Source: an uncultured archaeon | GTDB lineage: Archaea; Thermoplasmatota; Thermoplasmata; Thermoplasmatales; Thermoplasmataceae | DNA: 64,000 nt | Assembly (NCBI GenBank): GCA_000965745.1 | Contig: CP009479.1 | Span: 192,001-256,000, forward strand | Reading direction: 5' to 3' | Part shown: one piece after another, positions 29,930 through 39,133 of the stretch | Numbering within the stretch: position 1 is the first letter of the stretch | Layout: every line of letters begins with the position of its first letter | Made by a program: the position numbers and the translations under genes | Notes under the pieces: model-generated | Told to the model about the DNA's origin: nothing | Databases searched by the model: none | The model's input: only the letters and a program-made list of their open reading frames with translations

Positions 29930-30310
29930 ATGGAAATCTCCGCTTTTCTGAAGATTGTCGAAAATGAATATATGGAAGCATTGCGAAAGTTCAACTCCAA
30001 ATGGGAAAAAAATGGCAAAAGCCCGCCATCGTTTGTGGATTCGGCAGATTACGGGGATCTGAATCAGTTCAAGCAGTGGTTTGCATACGCTCTGGAAGTA
30101 ACTGAAATCAATTCCTCTGAGCCGACCACTCCTGAAGAGATAATATACAGAGCTGCCCTGCACAAATCCTCTATCAACCCTGAGAAGCCCGTATATCCAA
30201 GGATAATAAGCGCGCTATCCCTCTTCCAGGTGGAAGAGTTGGCAAAAATGTTCGGGCGGGAAAGGGCTGATGAATTGGCATATGCCATAAAAGAGCATCT
30301 GGAAAGCTGA
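29930..30310 (+). CDS. Hypothetical protein, paralog of 31047-31538
   Basis: Shared blocks AFxKxVExEYMxxLR, FxxWxxxAL, PExxxxxAA, PxxISALSLF. Confidence 0.75.
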   Translation: MEISAFLKIVENEYMEALRKFNSKWEKNGKSPPSFVDSADYGDLNQFKQWFAYALEVTEINSSEPTTPEEIIYRAALHKSSINPEKPVYPRIISALSLFQVEELAKMFGRERADELAYAIKEHLES

Positions 30311-31046
30311 AGCTTGCCACGGATGCCTTCAACGTATTGGGAAACTCACCCTACATGCCTGACAGTAAGATACATAACCGGGCAGGATATTGAAGGGTTC
30401 TGTTCCGTGAAAGACACCATGGACAGGATGGGGGGACCATGCTGGACTATTCTGAAAGCAACCCATTTTTGGCATCAAGGCAAGGCCCATTTTTACACAA
30501 ATATCCTGCGCGGCAATACCGGGTGTTTTCTCCTATACAACTTTGTGGACCGTGGGCATCATCCCTGCACTATCTTCACCCTTTGATGGTCATTCATTTT
30601 TAAGGCGAGGACGTTTCCCTCTGGTTTATTCAACAAAACGTTCCTGTCAATTTGTAGTGATATTATTGACAGGTAGCTTGCTTATTCTATAACATGCAAG
30701 AGTGCTAATTTATTGGTTCAGGCACAACCTGCAGTAGTACAGGAAGGCAATGACAGGATGATTGGGAAAGCGGAGAGGATCCATCATAATCCGTTCAGAT
30801 CCATGAGGCGTCTTGCGGGAGTTCCTTTATTTAGCTTGAGTGTCGGCTTCATATGATGTTGTTAGGCGTAAAAAGAGACAGGCTGGTGATTTTCGTCATG
30901 GATATTGGAAAACGCAACAGCGTCAATGATGGCTATTAAGGGTAGGTAAATTTTTGGCCGGAATAAAACAAATGCAGGAGAACTGATATACTATGATTAT
31001 TGGACTGCCCCTATATGGAATTCCGCAATTCTTCCAATATGGCTTT

Positions 31047-31538
31047 TCACGCGTCGTTCACATATTCTGCGTCCGCGTTGCTAGGTCTCCAAAACGATTT
31101 CTTTCTGCCTATCTCCCTCATCACGAGTTCGCAATGTTCAAAACACACCCTGAACTGGCAGACAGAAACGTCCACATCAGTGCCCCTCTCAAACATGGAT
31201 TTCCTGGCAACCCCAAAAATGGCCTCAAAGTCATCCTTGCTGAAAAGGGACAAGGCGCTTATGAGCTTGGGGTGCCGGAGCTCATAAGGTTGAGCAAAGG
31301 ACCTTGAGATGGCTGCGTGTACGAGGACGTCCTCCGGACTTACGCTCACGTCATCTATTATTATATCGGCAGTCCTGAGAGCCATGGTCAACCAATTCCT
31401 GAATTTTTGAACTCCTGAACAAATATATTCCGGAAAATGTCCCTTGGTAAAACCATACTGATTCTTCAGCGAGTTGGATTCCCTCAGCACGTTCATGTAT
31501 TCTTCTTCTACAAGTTTGACGAATGCTGCGCTGTACAT
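31047..31538 (-). CDS. Hypothetical protein, paralog of 29930-30310 with C-terminal extension
   Basis: Same shared blocks; longer Cys-containing tail. Confidence 0.72.
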   Translation of the reverse strand: MYSAAFVKLVEEEYMNVLRESNSLKNQYGFTKGHFPEYICSGVQKFRNWLTMALRTADIIIDDVSVSPEDVLVHAAISRSFAQPYELRHPKLISALSLFSKDDFEAIFGVARKSMFERGTDVDVSVCQFRVCFEHCELVMREIGRKKSFWRPSNADAEYVNDA

Positions 31539-31714
31539 AACGAAAGAAATACATTTATTAAGATAAGACGGGCATATTAATAGTAAGGTTAATCAAATTA
31601 TCTAGATTTATATAAATACTCCTCAGGCTGTGTGCCTGATTAGGAACGGATACTACCCTATACTGTGTTATTCCGACGAAAAACAGATATAGGCAAACTG
31701 ATAACCTGTTATTG

Positions 31715-31921
31715 ATGGACAGTACATACATTGAACTCAAGAAGAACATTCTGATGGGGATCCGGCTCGCCAGGGAGAAAACCAAAGAAATGCTTGCAAA
31801 TGCAATGGACAGCGAACAGTCTGCAATAAAAAAGGTGCTGCTTGAAATCGTGGGGCTGGAAGAGAGCATGAAAGGCTACGATCCGCTTGATGTAGCTGCA
31901 TTGGTTTCAAGGCTGAAATGA
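31715..31921 (+). CDS. Small helical hypothetical protein
   Basis: 68-aa ORF with amphipathic helices, divergent from 31538 across an AT-rich spacer. Confidence 0.65.
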   Translation: MDSTYIELKKNILMGIRLAREKTKEMLANAMDSEQSAIKKVLLEIVGLEESMKGYDPLDVAALVSRLK

Positions 31922-31936
31922 AATTGGATTAAAGGA

Positions 31937-32122
31937 TCGGTTTTGACTGTTCACTAGTCGCAAAAAAAAATTGAGTTTTACTCAATAGAATATGATGAGA
32001 GCCTACTTATGGAAAGAGTGCGGAAGTTAAAGCCTCAATGGCTAAAGGAAATCCATGCTCTTGTAAGGGAAGTTCCTGATTTCGAAGGCATCATTTCAAC
32101 TTTGCAGGAATATTTCACCTGA
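31937..32122 (+). pseudogene. C-terminal remnant of a second AbiEii-like gene
   Basis: FDCSLVAKK / IEFYSIEYDESLLMERVRKLKPQWLKEIHALVREVPDFEGIISTLQEYFT* aligns with the restored C-terminus of 33822-34573. Confidence 0.8.
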
Positions 32123-32271
32123 TATAATTTTGTTTTTGGTGAGACTTGCATCGACAATCACCATTAAGATCGCGTCGAGATGGTTGAATAGAATTTACCT
32201 TGAGAACACGTTAAATTGATCTACCTGAAAATGACATAGGAAAATGGCTTGCTAAAAGAGGAAAACAATGA

Positions 32272-32340
32272 TGGGACCACTGGGGTTTGGACCCAGATCT
32301 GCTTGTTACTCCAGGATTCATAATTCTACTTGACACATCG
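32272..32340 (-). repeat. Decayed direct repeat of the tRNA-Trp 3' exon and part of its intron (att-like site)
   Basis: 32272-32300 matches 35755-35783 at 26 of 29 nt; weaker gapped similarity continues into the intron. Confidence 0.78.
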
Positions 32341-32469
32341 CCATAATGCGTACAGGTTGTCACCATCAGCAGTTCTTGCACATGACCGATACTATTCTAT
32401 TCATCATGATATTTTTATATTTGTGTTCCTGCTTGATATATTATGCCCACCTCAGACTAATACAAGTCA

Positions 32470-32764
32470 CTGGTGTCAAGATCAACTGAAATTTTTGACA
32501 CAGAAGAATTTCAGGTAGGGAAGGATTCTACACTATAGCTGCATTCAGTCTGCACCAGTCACTCGAACTGTTACTGAAGGCCAATCTGTTTTCACCTGTG
32601 GCAAAGGAGCTAAGCAACTCATACCCCATGGAGTATGCGTTGCTGGAAGAGACTACCTAACCGCAAAGTGCTACTCACGTGACTTCTCAGGCGAGGAGGT
32701 GTCCAGGCTTGTGGAAGCAGTCAGAGAGAGTGAAAAGAATTGGAGAAACTTGCTGACCGTATAA
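32470..32764 (+). pseudogene. HEPN-domain gene remnant (partner of the downstream MNT)
   Basis: FQVGKGFYTIAAFSLHQSLELLLKA, an apparent internal deletion and a frameshift before YLTAKCYSRDFSGEEV. Confidence 0.7.
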
Positions 32765-33054
32765 AAAGGAGAAGAGATACATTCGAAAATCTTGAGGCCG
32801 GACTGGGCCTCATAAAAAAGGCAGCAGTTGATCTCGACCCCCATGCAGAGGTTTATCTTTTTGGTTCAACAGCATCAACAGGGAGTAAAATTGCAGGAGA
32901 CATTGACGTTCTCATAGTAACAGAGATGAAACCAGATGTGGTAATAACCCACTTCTGGAAAATGGGATTTTCTGACCCGTTTGAATTCCACGTCAGAACG
33001 GCGGATCAGGCAGCACCATATTTCAGGAGAGACAATCCCAGGAGAATACAATAA
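32740..33054 (+). CDS. Minimal nucleotidyltransferase (MNT)
   Basis: VYLFGS...GDIDVLIV, PFEFHV. Confidence 0.85.
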   Translation: MEKLADRIKRRRDTFENLEAGLGLIKKAAVDLDPHAEVYLFGSTASTGSKIAGDIDVLIVTEMKPDVVITHFWKMGFSDPFEFHVRTADQAAPYFRRDNPRRIQ

Positions 33055-33158
33055 AATGTGATTATTATTTTATTTAACACAACAATAGCTACCCATACAT
33101 TTGTACGTAATCATCCATATTATAGTATGGTTTATAACGTACAGATGTGTATTTCATT

Positions 33159-33832
33159 GTGAAGAGGGAAGACTTCGTGGATTACCTTATCTCAAACAGA
33201 ATACGGGTGTCCATGTTCATGAAGCCGCCAGGATCTTCGGAAAACCGGAAAAATATGTTTCCATGAGACTTTCACAGATGCCAAGGATCAAGCGGGCTAC
33301 GCGCGGAATATATTATCTACAGGACACGGACATTGGTGAGATAGCCACCAGCATTGCTTCACCGTCCTATATAAGTCTTCTATCCGCATTCGCATTGCTT
33401 GTGGCAACTACACAGATTCCCCTGGAAATACAGGTAATCAGTCCTGTGCAGCGTGATTCGCTTTATTTGGAGGGCTACAGAATCAAATTCATAAAACTAG
33501 GCAGGGATCGGATCTTCGGGTACGCCAGAATTAACTCGACCATGATTGCAACACTCGAGAAGGCAATAATCGACTAGCTCTATCTTAACATGTACACGGA
33601 TGAAGCCCTGGAGGTTGCGGTTGAGAACATATCCGGAATCGATGCTGACAAACTCATGGAATACGGCATAAGGATGAAATCCCGGGCTGCTTTGAACAGA
33701 CTAGGCTTCCTTATGGAAAAAGCCGGGATGAATGCAGAAAAGATCATGCCCCTGAAGTCCGAAAGATACGTTAAGTTTGGCCACGAGGGAGATAAAAGGG
33801 ACAGAAAGTGGAGAGTAATACATGCTTACTAG
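33159..33832 (+). pseudogene. AbiEi-like (type IV TA) antitoxin, frameshift plus in-frame TAG
   Basis: GTG start VKREDFVDYL, frameshift near 33210, RGIYY, PSYISLLSA, ATLEKAIID*LYL (TAG 33575-33577), LNRLGFLME, KWRV. Confidence 0.82.
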
Positions 33833-34573
33833 AGAAGAGCTGGCAGAGACGCCCGTTGATTTTAACCTGTACCAGAAGGAAAAGGACTACCTCCAGCATA
33901 TCGTTCTCTCCAGAATATACTCATGGGCTGGCACAGGATTCACTTTCAAAGGTGGTACATCCCTGCAGAAATGCTACGGACTGGACCGGTTTTCAGAAGA
34001 TCTTGACTTTACAGCAGCTGGGGAGTTCAAAAAGGAATCAATTGAAAAGTCCCTGGAGGAAGTCAGAAGATACTACCCGGCTACAATAGAGCAGAAGGAT
34101 AACCCATTTTCAGTCAGCTACAGACTCAAGATTGAGGGTCCTTTGTACCATGGACCCCTCTCACTTCAGACCATAAGGGTGGAGATAAGCATGAGGGAAA
34201 ACGTTTTGCTGGAGACAATAAACCGCACTGTTACACCACTCTACGGCGATCTGAGGCCCTACACAGTTCTGTTCATGAACCCTAGGGAGATACTGGCAGA
34301 AAAGATAATGGCGCTGATGACGCGCACCAAGACAAGGGATCTTTACGACGTAAATTTCCTGATCCGGAAGAAAGTGGAACTCGATGTTTCACTGGTAGAA
34401 AAAAAGCTTGACTATTATTCCATGAAATATGATGAAGAAGCGCTGATGAAGAAGCGCTGATGAAGAGAGTCGGAACTTTGAGATCACAATGGGTGAAGGA
34501 GATTCCCGCCCTTGTGAAAGAGGTACCGGATTTTGACGCCACTGTATCAGTGCTGCGGGAATATTTTGTATGA
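33822..34573 (+). pseudogene. AbiEii-family nucleotidyltransferase toxin, truncated by a 14-nt tandem duplication
   Basis: EKDY, FKGGTSLQKCYGLDRFSEDLDF, AEKI, RDLYD; stops at 34460, but removing one 14-nt repeat unit restores the frame to TGA 34571-34573. Confidence 0.88.
34430..34466. repeat. 14-nt tandem repeat TGATGAAGAAGCGC, about 2.6 copies
   Basis: Read directly from the sequence. Confidence 0.95.
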
Positions 34574-34753
34574 TCTGCATTATGATGCCATCGATAACGC
34601 CATAAGATCAGAAAAGTAATAGTTTCGGAGTTGCATTGTAGTGATTTTGTATGAAAACTGCAAATAAGTCTTCCTTGTTAAAAATAAAAACAATGGTTGG
34701 AGAACTGTGATCTTAACCTTAATTCAAAGGATTGTTATGATTCTGGGAGAGAC

Positions 34754-35191
34754 TCATGAACCTTCCTTGAGGAAGTGCCTGATATGTTCATTGAAAACAC
34801 TGAAGTCATCAAGTCCTTCGTTTAAGAGGTTGTAAGCTACAATGTCGTCTATTTTTCCATATCTGTGTACTACAATATTTCGGAATTTTCTCATAGACAG
34901 GATCTTCAAGGAAAGGCTTGCGTGAAGTATTCCTTTATTCCTCAGGTTTTCAATTACGTCTTCTTCACTCGAAGGAATTCCAAGGGAAAGATCTGCATTA
35001 ATTATATGGCATATATCAAACACGTTTTCTATTGCGAATTCTGCCCGCTTGTATATCCCGTCCTTGATAATGCCAAGTCTGGAGAAATCATCAACATTGG
35101 CAGGGAGGTTCTCCTTTATGATCTCAACACTCTCCTCTATTTCTGTAATCTTTGTATAGATCAGGGTGTCCCTTATTCCGTCTGCCCTCAA
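34754..35191 (-). CDS. HepT-like (DUF86) HEPN ribonuclease toxin
   Basis: FRNIVVHRY (Rx4H) motif; overlaps the MNT gene. Confidence 0.9.
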   Translation of the reverse strand: MRADGIRDTLIYTKITEIEESVEIIKENLPANVDDFSRLGIIKDGIYKRAEFAIENVFDICHIINADLSLGIPSSEEDVIENLRNKGILHASLSLKILSMRKFRNIVVHRYGKIDDIVAYNLLNEGLDDFSVFNEHIRHFLKEGS

Positions 35192-35583
35192 TGAATCGCC
35201 TCTTTCCCTATGTAATCGAAGAACCTTGGCCTGAATTCATCGTAGTCCTCGATTGTTTCGTATGCCACGAGGTAAACCTGCTGCATATCCCTTGAATAAA
35301 GTAGCTTGCCCTTGAAAACTTCTATCTTTATGTAAAGAGGCAGCTGCCTGAATAACTTGATATCGAACAGATCGCTGCTGATCACTGACATAGCCTGCAA
35401 AACAAAATCGAAGGCTTCCTTATCGGTGCCTTTGATCCTTATGCAGAGATCGATATCCGAACCTTTGTGTGCTTTGTCAATAGCTACGGACCCGTAAAGG
35501 AATATGAATTCTATATTTTCGCTTTCATCAAGGGCGAGGATTTTATCCACCGCATCCTTTATCGTTTCCTCTCTGGTCTGCAT
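35188..35583 (-). CDS. MNT (MntA-like) antitoxin
   Basis: IFLYGS...SDIDLC, LPLYIK..VFKGKLLY. Confidence 0.9.
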   Translation of the reverse strand: MQTREETIKDAVDKILALDESENIEFIFLYGSVAIDKAHKGSDIDLCIRIKGTDKEAFDFVLQAMSVISSDLFDIKLFRQLPLYIKIEVFKGKLLYSRDMQQVYLVAYETIEDYDEFRPRFFDYIGKEAIH

Positions 35584-35754
35584 CTTGTATCAACCTGGGT
35601 TGCAGTGTTTACCTGCTTTATTCTAATAATCGGATTCGATAAAAATATATTGCAGGAACAATGGTGCGAGTGTTGACAGGAAAGAATTGAACCTGGCACG
35701 ACATTTGTGCTCAATTGAAGATTTATGAAAAACTGGTACATGACCTACAATATG

Positions 35755-35896
35755 TGGGAGCACTGGGATTTGAACCCAGATCTACGGGTCTCTTCCCGGT
35801 TCATAGTTCCAGTCACTCATCATCAAGATCAGTTGACCCATAGCTAATCATACCCTGACTGGAGCCCGCTAGGATGCCTGACTACCCCATGCTCCC
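35755..35896 (-). tRNA. trnW: tRNA-Trp(CCA) with a 69-nt intron at 37/38
   Basis: Acceptor GGGAGCA/TGCTCCC-A, anticodon stem GCGGG/CCCGT with CTCCAG|A loop, T arm CTGGG-TTCAAAT-CCCAG; exons 35859-35896 and 35755-35789. Confidence 0.95.
35790..35858 (-). ncRNA. Intron-encoded box C/D guide RNA of pre-tRNA-Trp
   Basis: C-like ATGATTA, D' CTGA, C' TGATGA, D-like ATGA; guides CTATGGGTC and TGACTGGA are complementary to the regions around tRNA positions 39 and 34, as established for euryarchaeal tRNA-Trp. Confidence 0.88.
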
Positions 35897-35897
35897 A

Positions 35898-36005
35898 TTA
35901 GGTCTTGTTTGCTCTACGCTGCCTTTTCAGTCTTCTTATTTTCTTCTTTCTCCACTTCCATCGCATTTTTCCGCGCTTTTTCCAGTCGCGTGAGCTTCTT
36001 TTCAA
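35898..36005 (-). CDS. rpl41e: Ribosomal protein eL41 (eS32), 35 aa, not in ORF track
   Basis: Shine-Dalgarno GAGGTGA, TTG start, [35 protein letters not shown]. Confidence 0.92.
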   Translation of the reverse strand: MKRSSRDWKKRGKMRWKWRKKKIRRLKRQRRANKT

Positions 36006-36254
36006 CGTTTCACCTCAGTTTTGTAATTCAATTAATATTCAGGGAGAGATATTATTATCTCGTGCTTTTTGTAATCCCTTCTTATTATTTAATCATACTT
36101 CGTATTTCAGCGTCAGGAACAACTTTTGCATTGCTAAGCTGTTAATGCCCATCTCGAAGGTATGCAGTTCTGGGAAATAATCAGCACACTCTTAAGGTTT
36201 GCTCAACCGGAAGTGGTTCAAGAAAATTTATCTACCAGGTGCCATTGTTGATTC

Positions 36255-36596
36255 GTGGAAGACGAGATCAGCCAGTATCTGAAGAACATCTTCAAGACCA
36301 TGCCGTCTGAGGAGCTTTATTTTGAGGCGCTCAGAGACATAATGAAAGATCTGGTTAAGGAGTATCTGAGAAAGAAGATAAATGAAAATCCTGAACTCAA
36401 GAAATCCATTGCCGAAGTTCTCCAGGAATACATGGAAGGAAAGCTCAAGGAATACGATTCAATGGCCAAGATGGCAAAGATCACCGCCAAAATTGGAGTC
36501 CTGACAACACCTCAATCAATCAGGGATGAAGCAATAGGAGATTTCATGAACGTCTTCCAGAAGGAAATTGAGGAAATAATCAGGAAAACCTTCTGA
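36255..36596 (+). CDS. Hypothetical helical protein
   Basis: 113-aa ORF with gene-like composition, abutting the stop of the DP1 gene. Confidence 0.75.
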   Translation: MEDEISQYLKNIFKTMPSEELYFEALRDIMKDLVKEYLRKKINENPELKKSIAEVLQEYMEGKLKEYDSMAKMAKITAKIGVLTTPQSIRDEAIGDFMNVFQKEIEEIIRKTF

Positions 36597-38003
36597 TCAG
36601 TCCCTTGCGAATTTTTTCATTACTGATGTCTGGGAGTTCAGGTCAAACACAGTCATGATAGACGGGTTCGGGCTGAAGTTCATCATCTTCTGGTAATCTG
36701 TCTGGGACTGCCATGTTGATGAGTTCACGTATCTCACTCCCCTGTAGTTTCCGATGTAATGCGAGTGAATGTGCCCCGTGATGAAAATGTCAGGGACTTC
36801 CTCAATCACGTGGTAGTCGTTGGGTGATGGTATCAGAGGGGTCTTCCCGCCGTATTTGGGGGCAAGATGCCTTCTCCTGAGAATCTCTTCCACCGCCTTG
36901 CCGATTGATTCATAATTTGCACCGGGAACAAGCTCCACCATATCGTTCAGGGACATCCCATGATACAGCAGAACCCTCTTCTTCTCCAGGGTGAGTGTGT
37001 ATGGGTTTGGCAACAGTGTGACGTTCCTGTTGAAAGCATTCCTGATCTTCTCGGGGAATGCAGGCTGGGGTTCCGCCAGCCTTACACTGTCGTGATTTCC
37101 GGGCATGACAAAGACGTTGATATCTTCCGGAACTTCAGCAAGGTATTCGCCCAGCTTTTCGTACTGCTCCAGGGGATTGAGTATCTCAAGGTCCTCTTCC
37201 TGTCCCGGATACACGCCTATTCCATCCACAACGTCGCCACTGAGGATGAGGTGCTTGAGGTCAGCAGCCTCCCCTTCCGACCTTTTGAGCCAGTTGATCA
37301 TGCTCTTGAATTCAGCTTCCCTGAAGGTCTTGCTCCCGACATGAATGTCGGATATCGACCCGACATAAACGGGCGGCTTCTTCTGGTCATCAATAACCTT
37401 GTATGGTATATCCGGCCTCACAATCTCATTTGCGAATATGACAGGGTCGCCTGTACCATTGCTTACATTTCCCACAATGCCGATAACCTCGTCCTGCAGG
37501 ATCAGTTCATCGGCAAGGCCCTTGCTCTTCATCAGGATTGCCTGTATCGAGTCCTCGAGGTCTTCTATTACTACCCGCTTGTGGCCATTCCTTGTGGTGG
37601 ATATGTCGGAGACCATCCCGACGACTTTTATTTCGCCGCCCGCCTTTCTGGCGTTCCTGATGTCCTGGGTCCCGCGCATTGTTCCGGACGCGGATATGAT
37701 CTTTGATAACTTCCTGTACCTGGATACAAACATCTGGCGGAAGTCCTCTACTGAACTGTTGACCTTTATGTCGGGGAGATAGACTTCAAAATCCTGGGAT
37801 TCCTGCTTCATCTGCCCCCTTAGAATTGATTTTACAGTTTTCTCGTCAATGTAACCGGCATCACTTATATCGTCTGATACGAGCCTGTGAATCATTGGCC
37901 CCATGCTCCTGTCAAGTATGTAGTTGAGAGCATCGGGCGAAACCAGGAGCCCGTGCTGATGAAAGTATTCGAGTATTGAAACACGATCTTCAAAAAGAGA
38001 CAT
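36597..38003 (-). CDS. polB: DNA polymerase D small (proofreading exonuclease) subunit DP1
   Basis: OB fold plus ISDIHVGS, GDVVDGIGVYPGQ, PGNHD, YHG, RRHLAP, TGHIH; start at MSLFED. Confidence 0.95.
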   Translation of the reverse strand: MSLFEDRVSILEYFHQHGLLVSPDALNYILDRSMGPMIHRLVSDDISDAGYIDEKTVKSILRGQMKQESQDFEVYLPDIKVNSSVEDFRQMFVSRYRKLSKIISASGTMRGTQDIRNARKAGGEIKVVGMVSDISTTRNGHKRVVIEDLEDSIQAILMKSKGLADELILQDEVIGIVGNVSNGTGDPVIFANEIVRPDIPYKVIDDQKKPPVYVGSISDIHVGSKTFREAEFKSMINWLKRSEGEAADLKHLILSGDVVDGIGVYPGQEEDLEILNPLEQYEKLGEYLAEVPEDINVFVMPGNHDSVRLAEPQPAFPEKIRNAFNRNVTLLPNPYTLTLEKKRVLLYHGMSLNDMVELVPGANYESIGKAVEEILRRRHLAPKYGGKTPLIPSPNDYHVIEEVPDIFITGHIHSHYIGNYRGVRYVNSSTWQSQTDYQKMMNFSPNPSIMTVFDLNSQTSVMKKFARD

Positions 38004-38221
38004 ACCGATTGTTTGAAAGATGTGCAAAAAATAAAGAGTTGTCGGTTGGCGGCAAACTACAAGATGTTTATCACGGATTTATCCTCATCAGGCATGATGT
38101 TTAATTAAGAGGGCCGGTGTCCTTTAAATCATCTGAGCCAGAAAGAAATTATGTTGCCAAAGTCCTTATTTTTCTTGGTTTCACGACAACAAATCTTTAT
38201 GACCGGGTTGTATGACCGTGC

Positions 38222-39091
38222 GTGGTGGATTCAAGGGATGTTGCTGCCTTCCTCTCAATGGCCTCATTCTGGGCGTTGAACTACCCACTTGTGAAGTTTG
38301 CCCTCATCTACGAGCCGCCACTCTTCATACTGGTATTCAGGGTGCTTTTCGCGGCAATATTCTCGGTGATCTTCCTTTCAAGAAATTTCAGCATCCCTAA
38401 GGACCTTAAGACCCATCTTTCAATCGCCGTTGTCGGTCTCCTGAACGTTGTCATGTTCATGGGCTTCTGGTTCACAGGAGAGTTGACGGAACCCTCATCC
38501 ATAAGCTCCATAATAGTATACACATACCCCATTTTTGCAATGGCGTTCTCCACTGCATTCCTGGGGGAGAGGCCAAGCAGGTACAAGATCGCCGGAACAG
38601 TGGTCGGTTTTGCCGGCATAGTTTTTGTTTTTGCCGACCAGTTATATATAAAACCCGGGATAGGCCTCGTCTTCCTCATATCGGGAGCGATAAGCTGGGC
38701 CGTCGGGACCATCTACTTCAAGAGGCACCTTTCCTCAGCCAACGTGCTCTCGGTGAATGCCCTCCAGTTTGTGTATGCCTTGCCGATAATCCTGGTATGG
38801 GCATTCATGATGCAGCCCTTCCGCATCAGCGGCTTCACCCCCCAGTTCTTTGTGATCACACTCTTCATGGGATCGCTCGGGTCGGCTGTTGCCTATTACA
38901 TCTACTTCCATCTCTTCAGGAAATATGATGTGTCCTCAATATCGTCCTTTTTTTTCATTGTTCCTGCCCTCTCCATTGTATTCGCATACCTCATACTCGG
39001 AGAAACAAACACTATATTCACCTACATCGGCTTCGCACTTATTTCCCTGGGAATTTACCTCACGTCAAGAAGCTCCAGGCGGTCAGGATGA
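38222..39091 (+). CDS. EamA/DMT family transporter
   Basis: 10 TMs, two EamA repeats, FLGE and ILGE motifs. Confidence 0.9.
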   Translation: MVDSRDVAAFLSMASFWALNYPLVKFALIYEPPLFILVFRVLFAAIFSVIFLSRNFSIPKDLKTHLSIAVVGLLNVVMFMGFWFTGELTEPSSISSIIVYTYPIFAMAFSTAFLGERPSRYKIAGTVVGFAGIVFVFADQLYIKPGIGLVFLISGAISWAVGTIYFKRHLSSANVLSVNALQFVYALPIILVWAFMMQPFRISGFTPQFFVITLFMGSLGSAVAYYIYFHLFRKYDVSSISSFFFIVPALSIVFAYLILGETNTIFTYIGFALISLGIYLTSRSSRRSG

Positions 39092-39133
39092 CCTTTTCAC
39101 AAAGTAATTTATAGACAGAGATACTTTTCAAAT

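Noticed and set aside
30314-30990. Gene or pseudogene between the convergent paralogs
   Set aside because: No recognisable motif found in the frames I examined by hand; left uncalled.
32272-32340. Second tRNA gene or split-tRNA half
   Set aside because: The T-loop is mutated (GTCCAAAC), there is no 5' half and no complementary leader; better explained as a decayed att repeat.
33575-33577. In-frame TAG in AbiEi as pyrrolysine or read-through
   Set aside because: The same gene also has an N-terminal frameshift, TAG is used as a normal stop elsewhere in the window, and no pyl genes are seen; a simple nonsense mutation is more likely.
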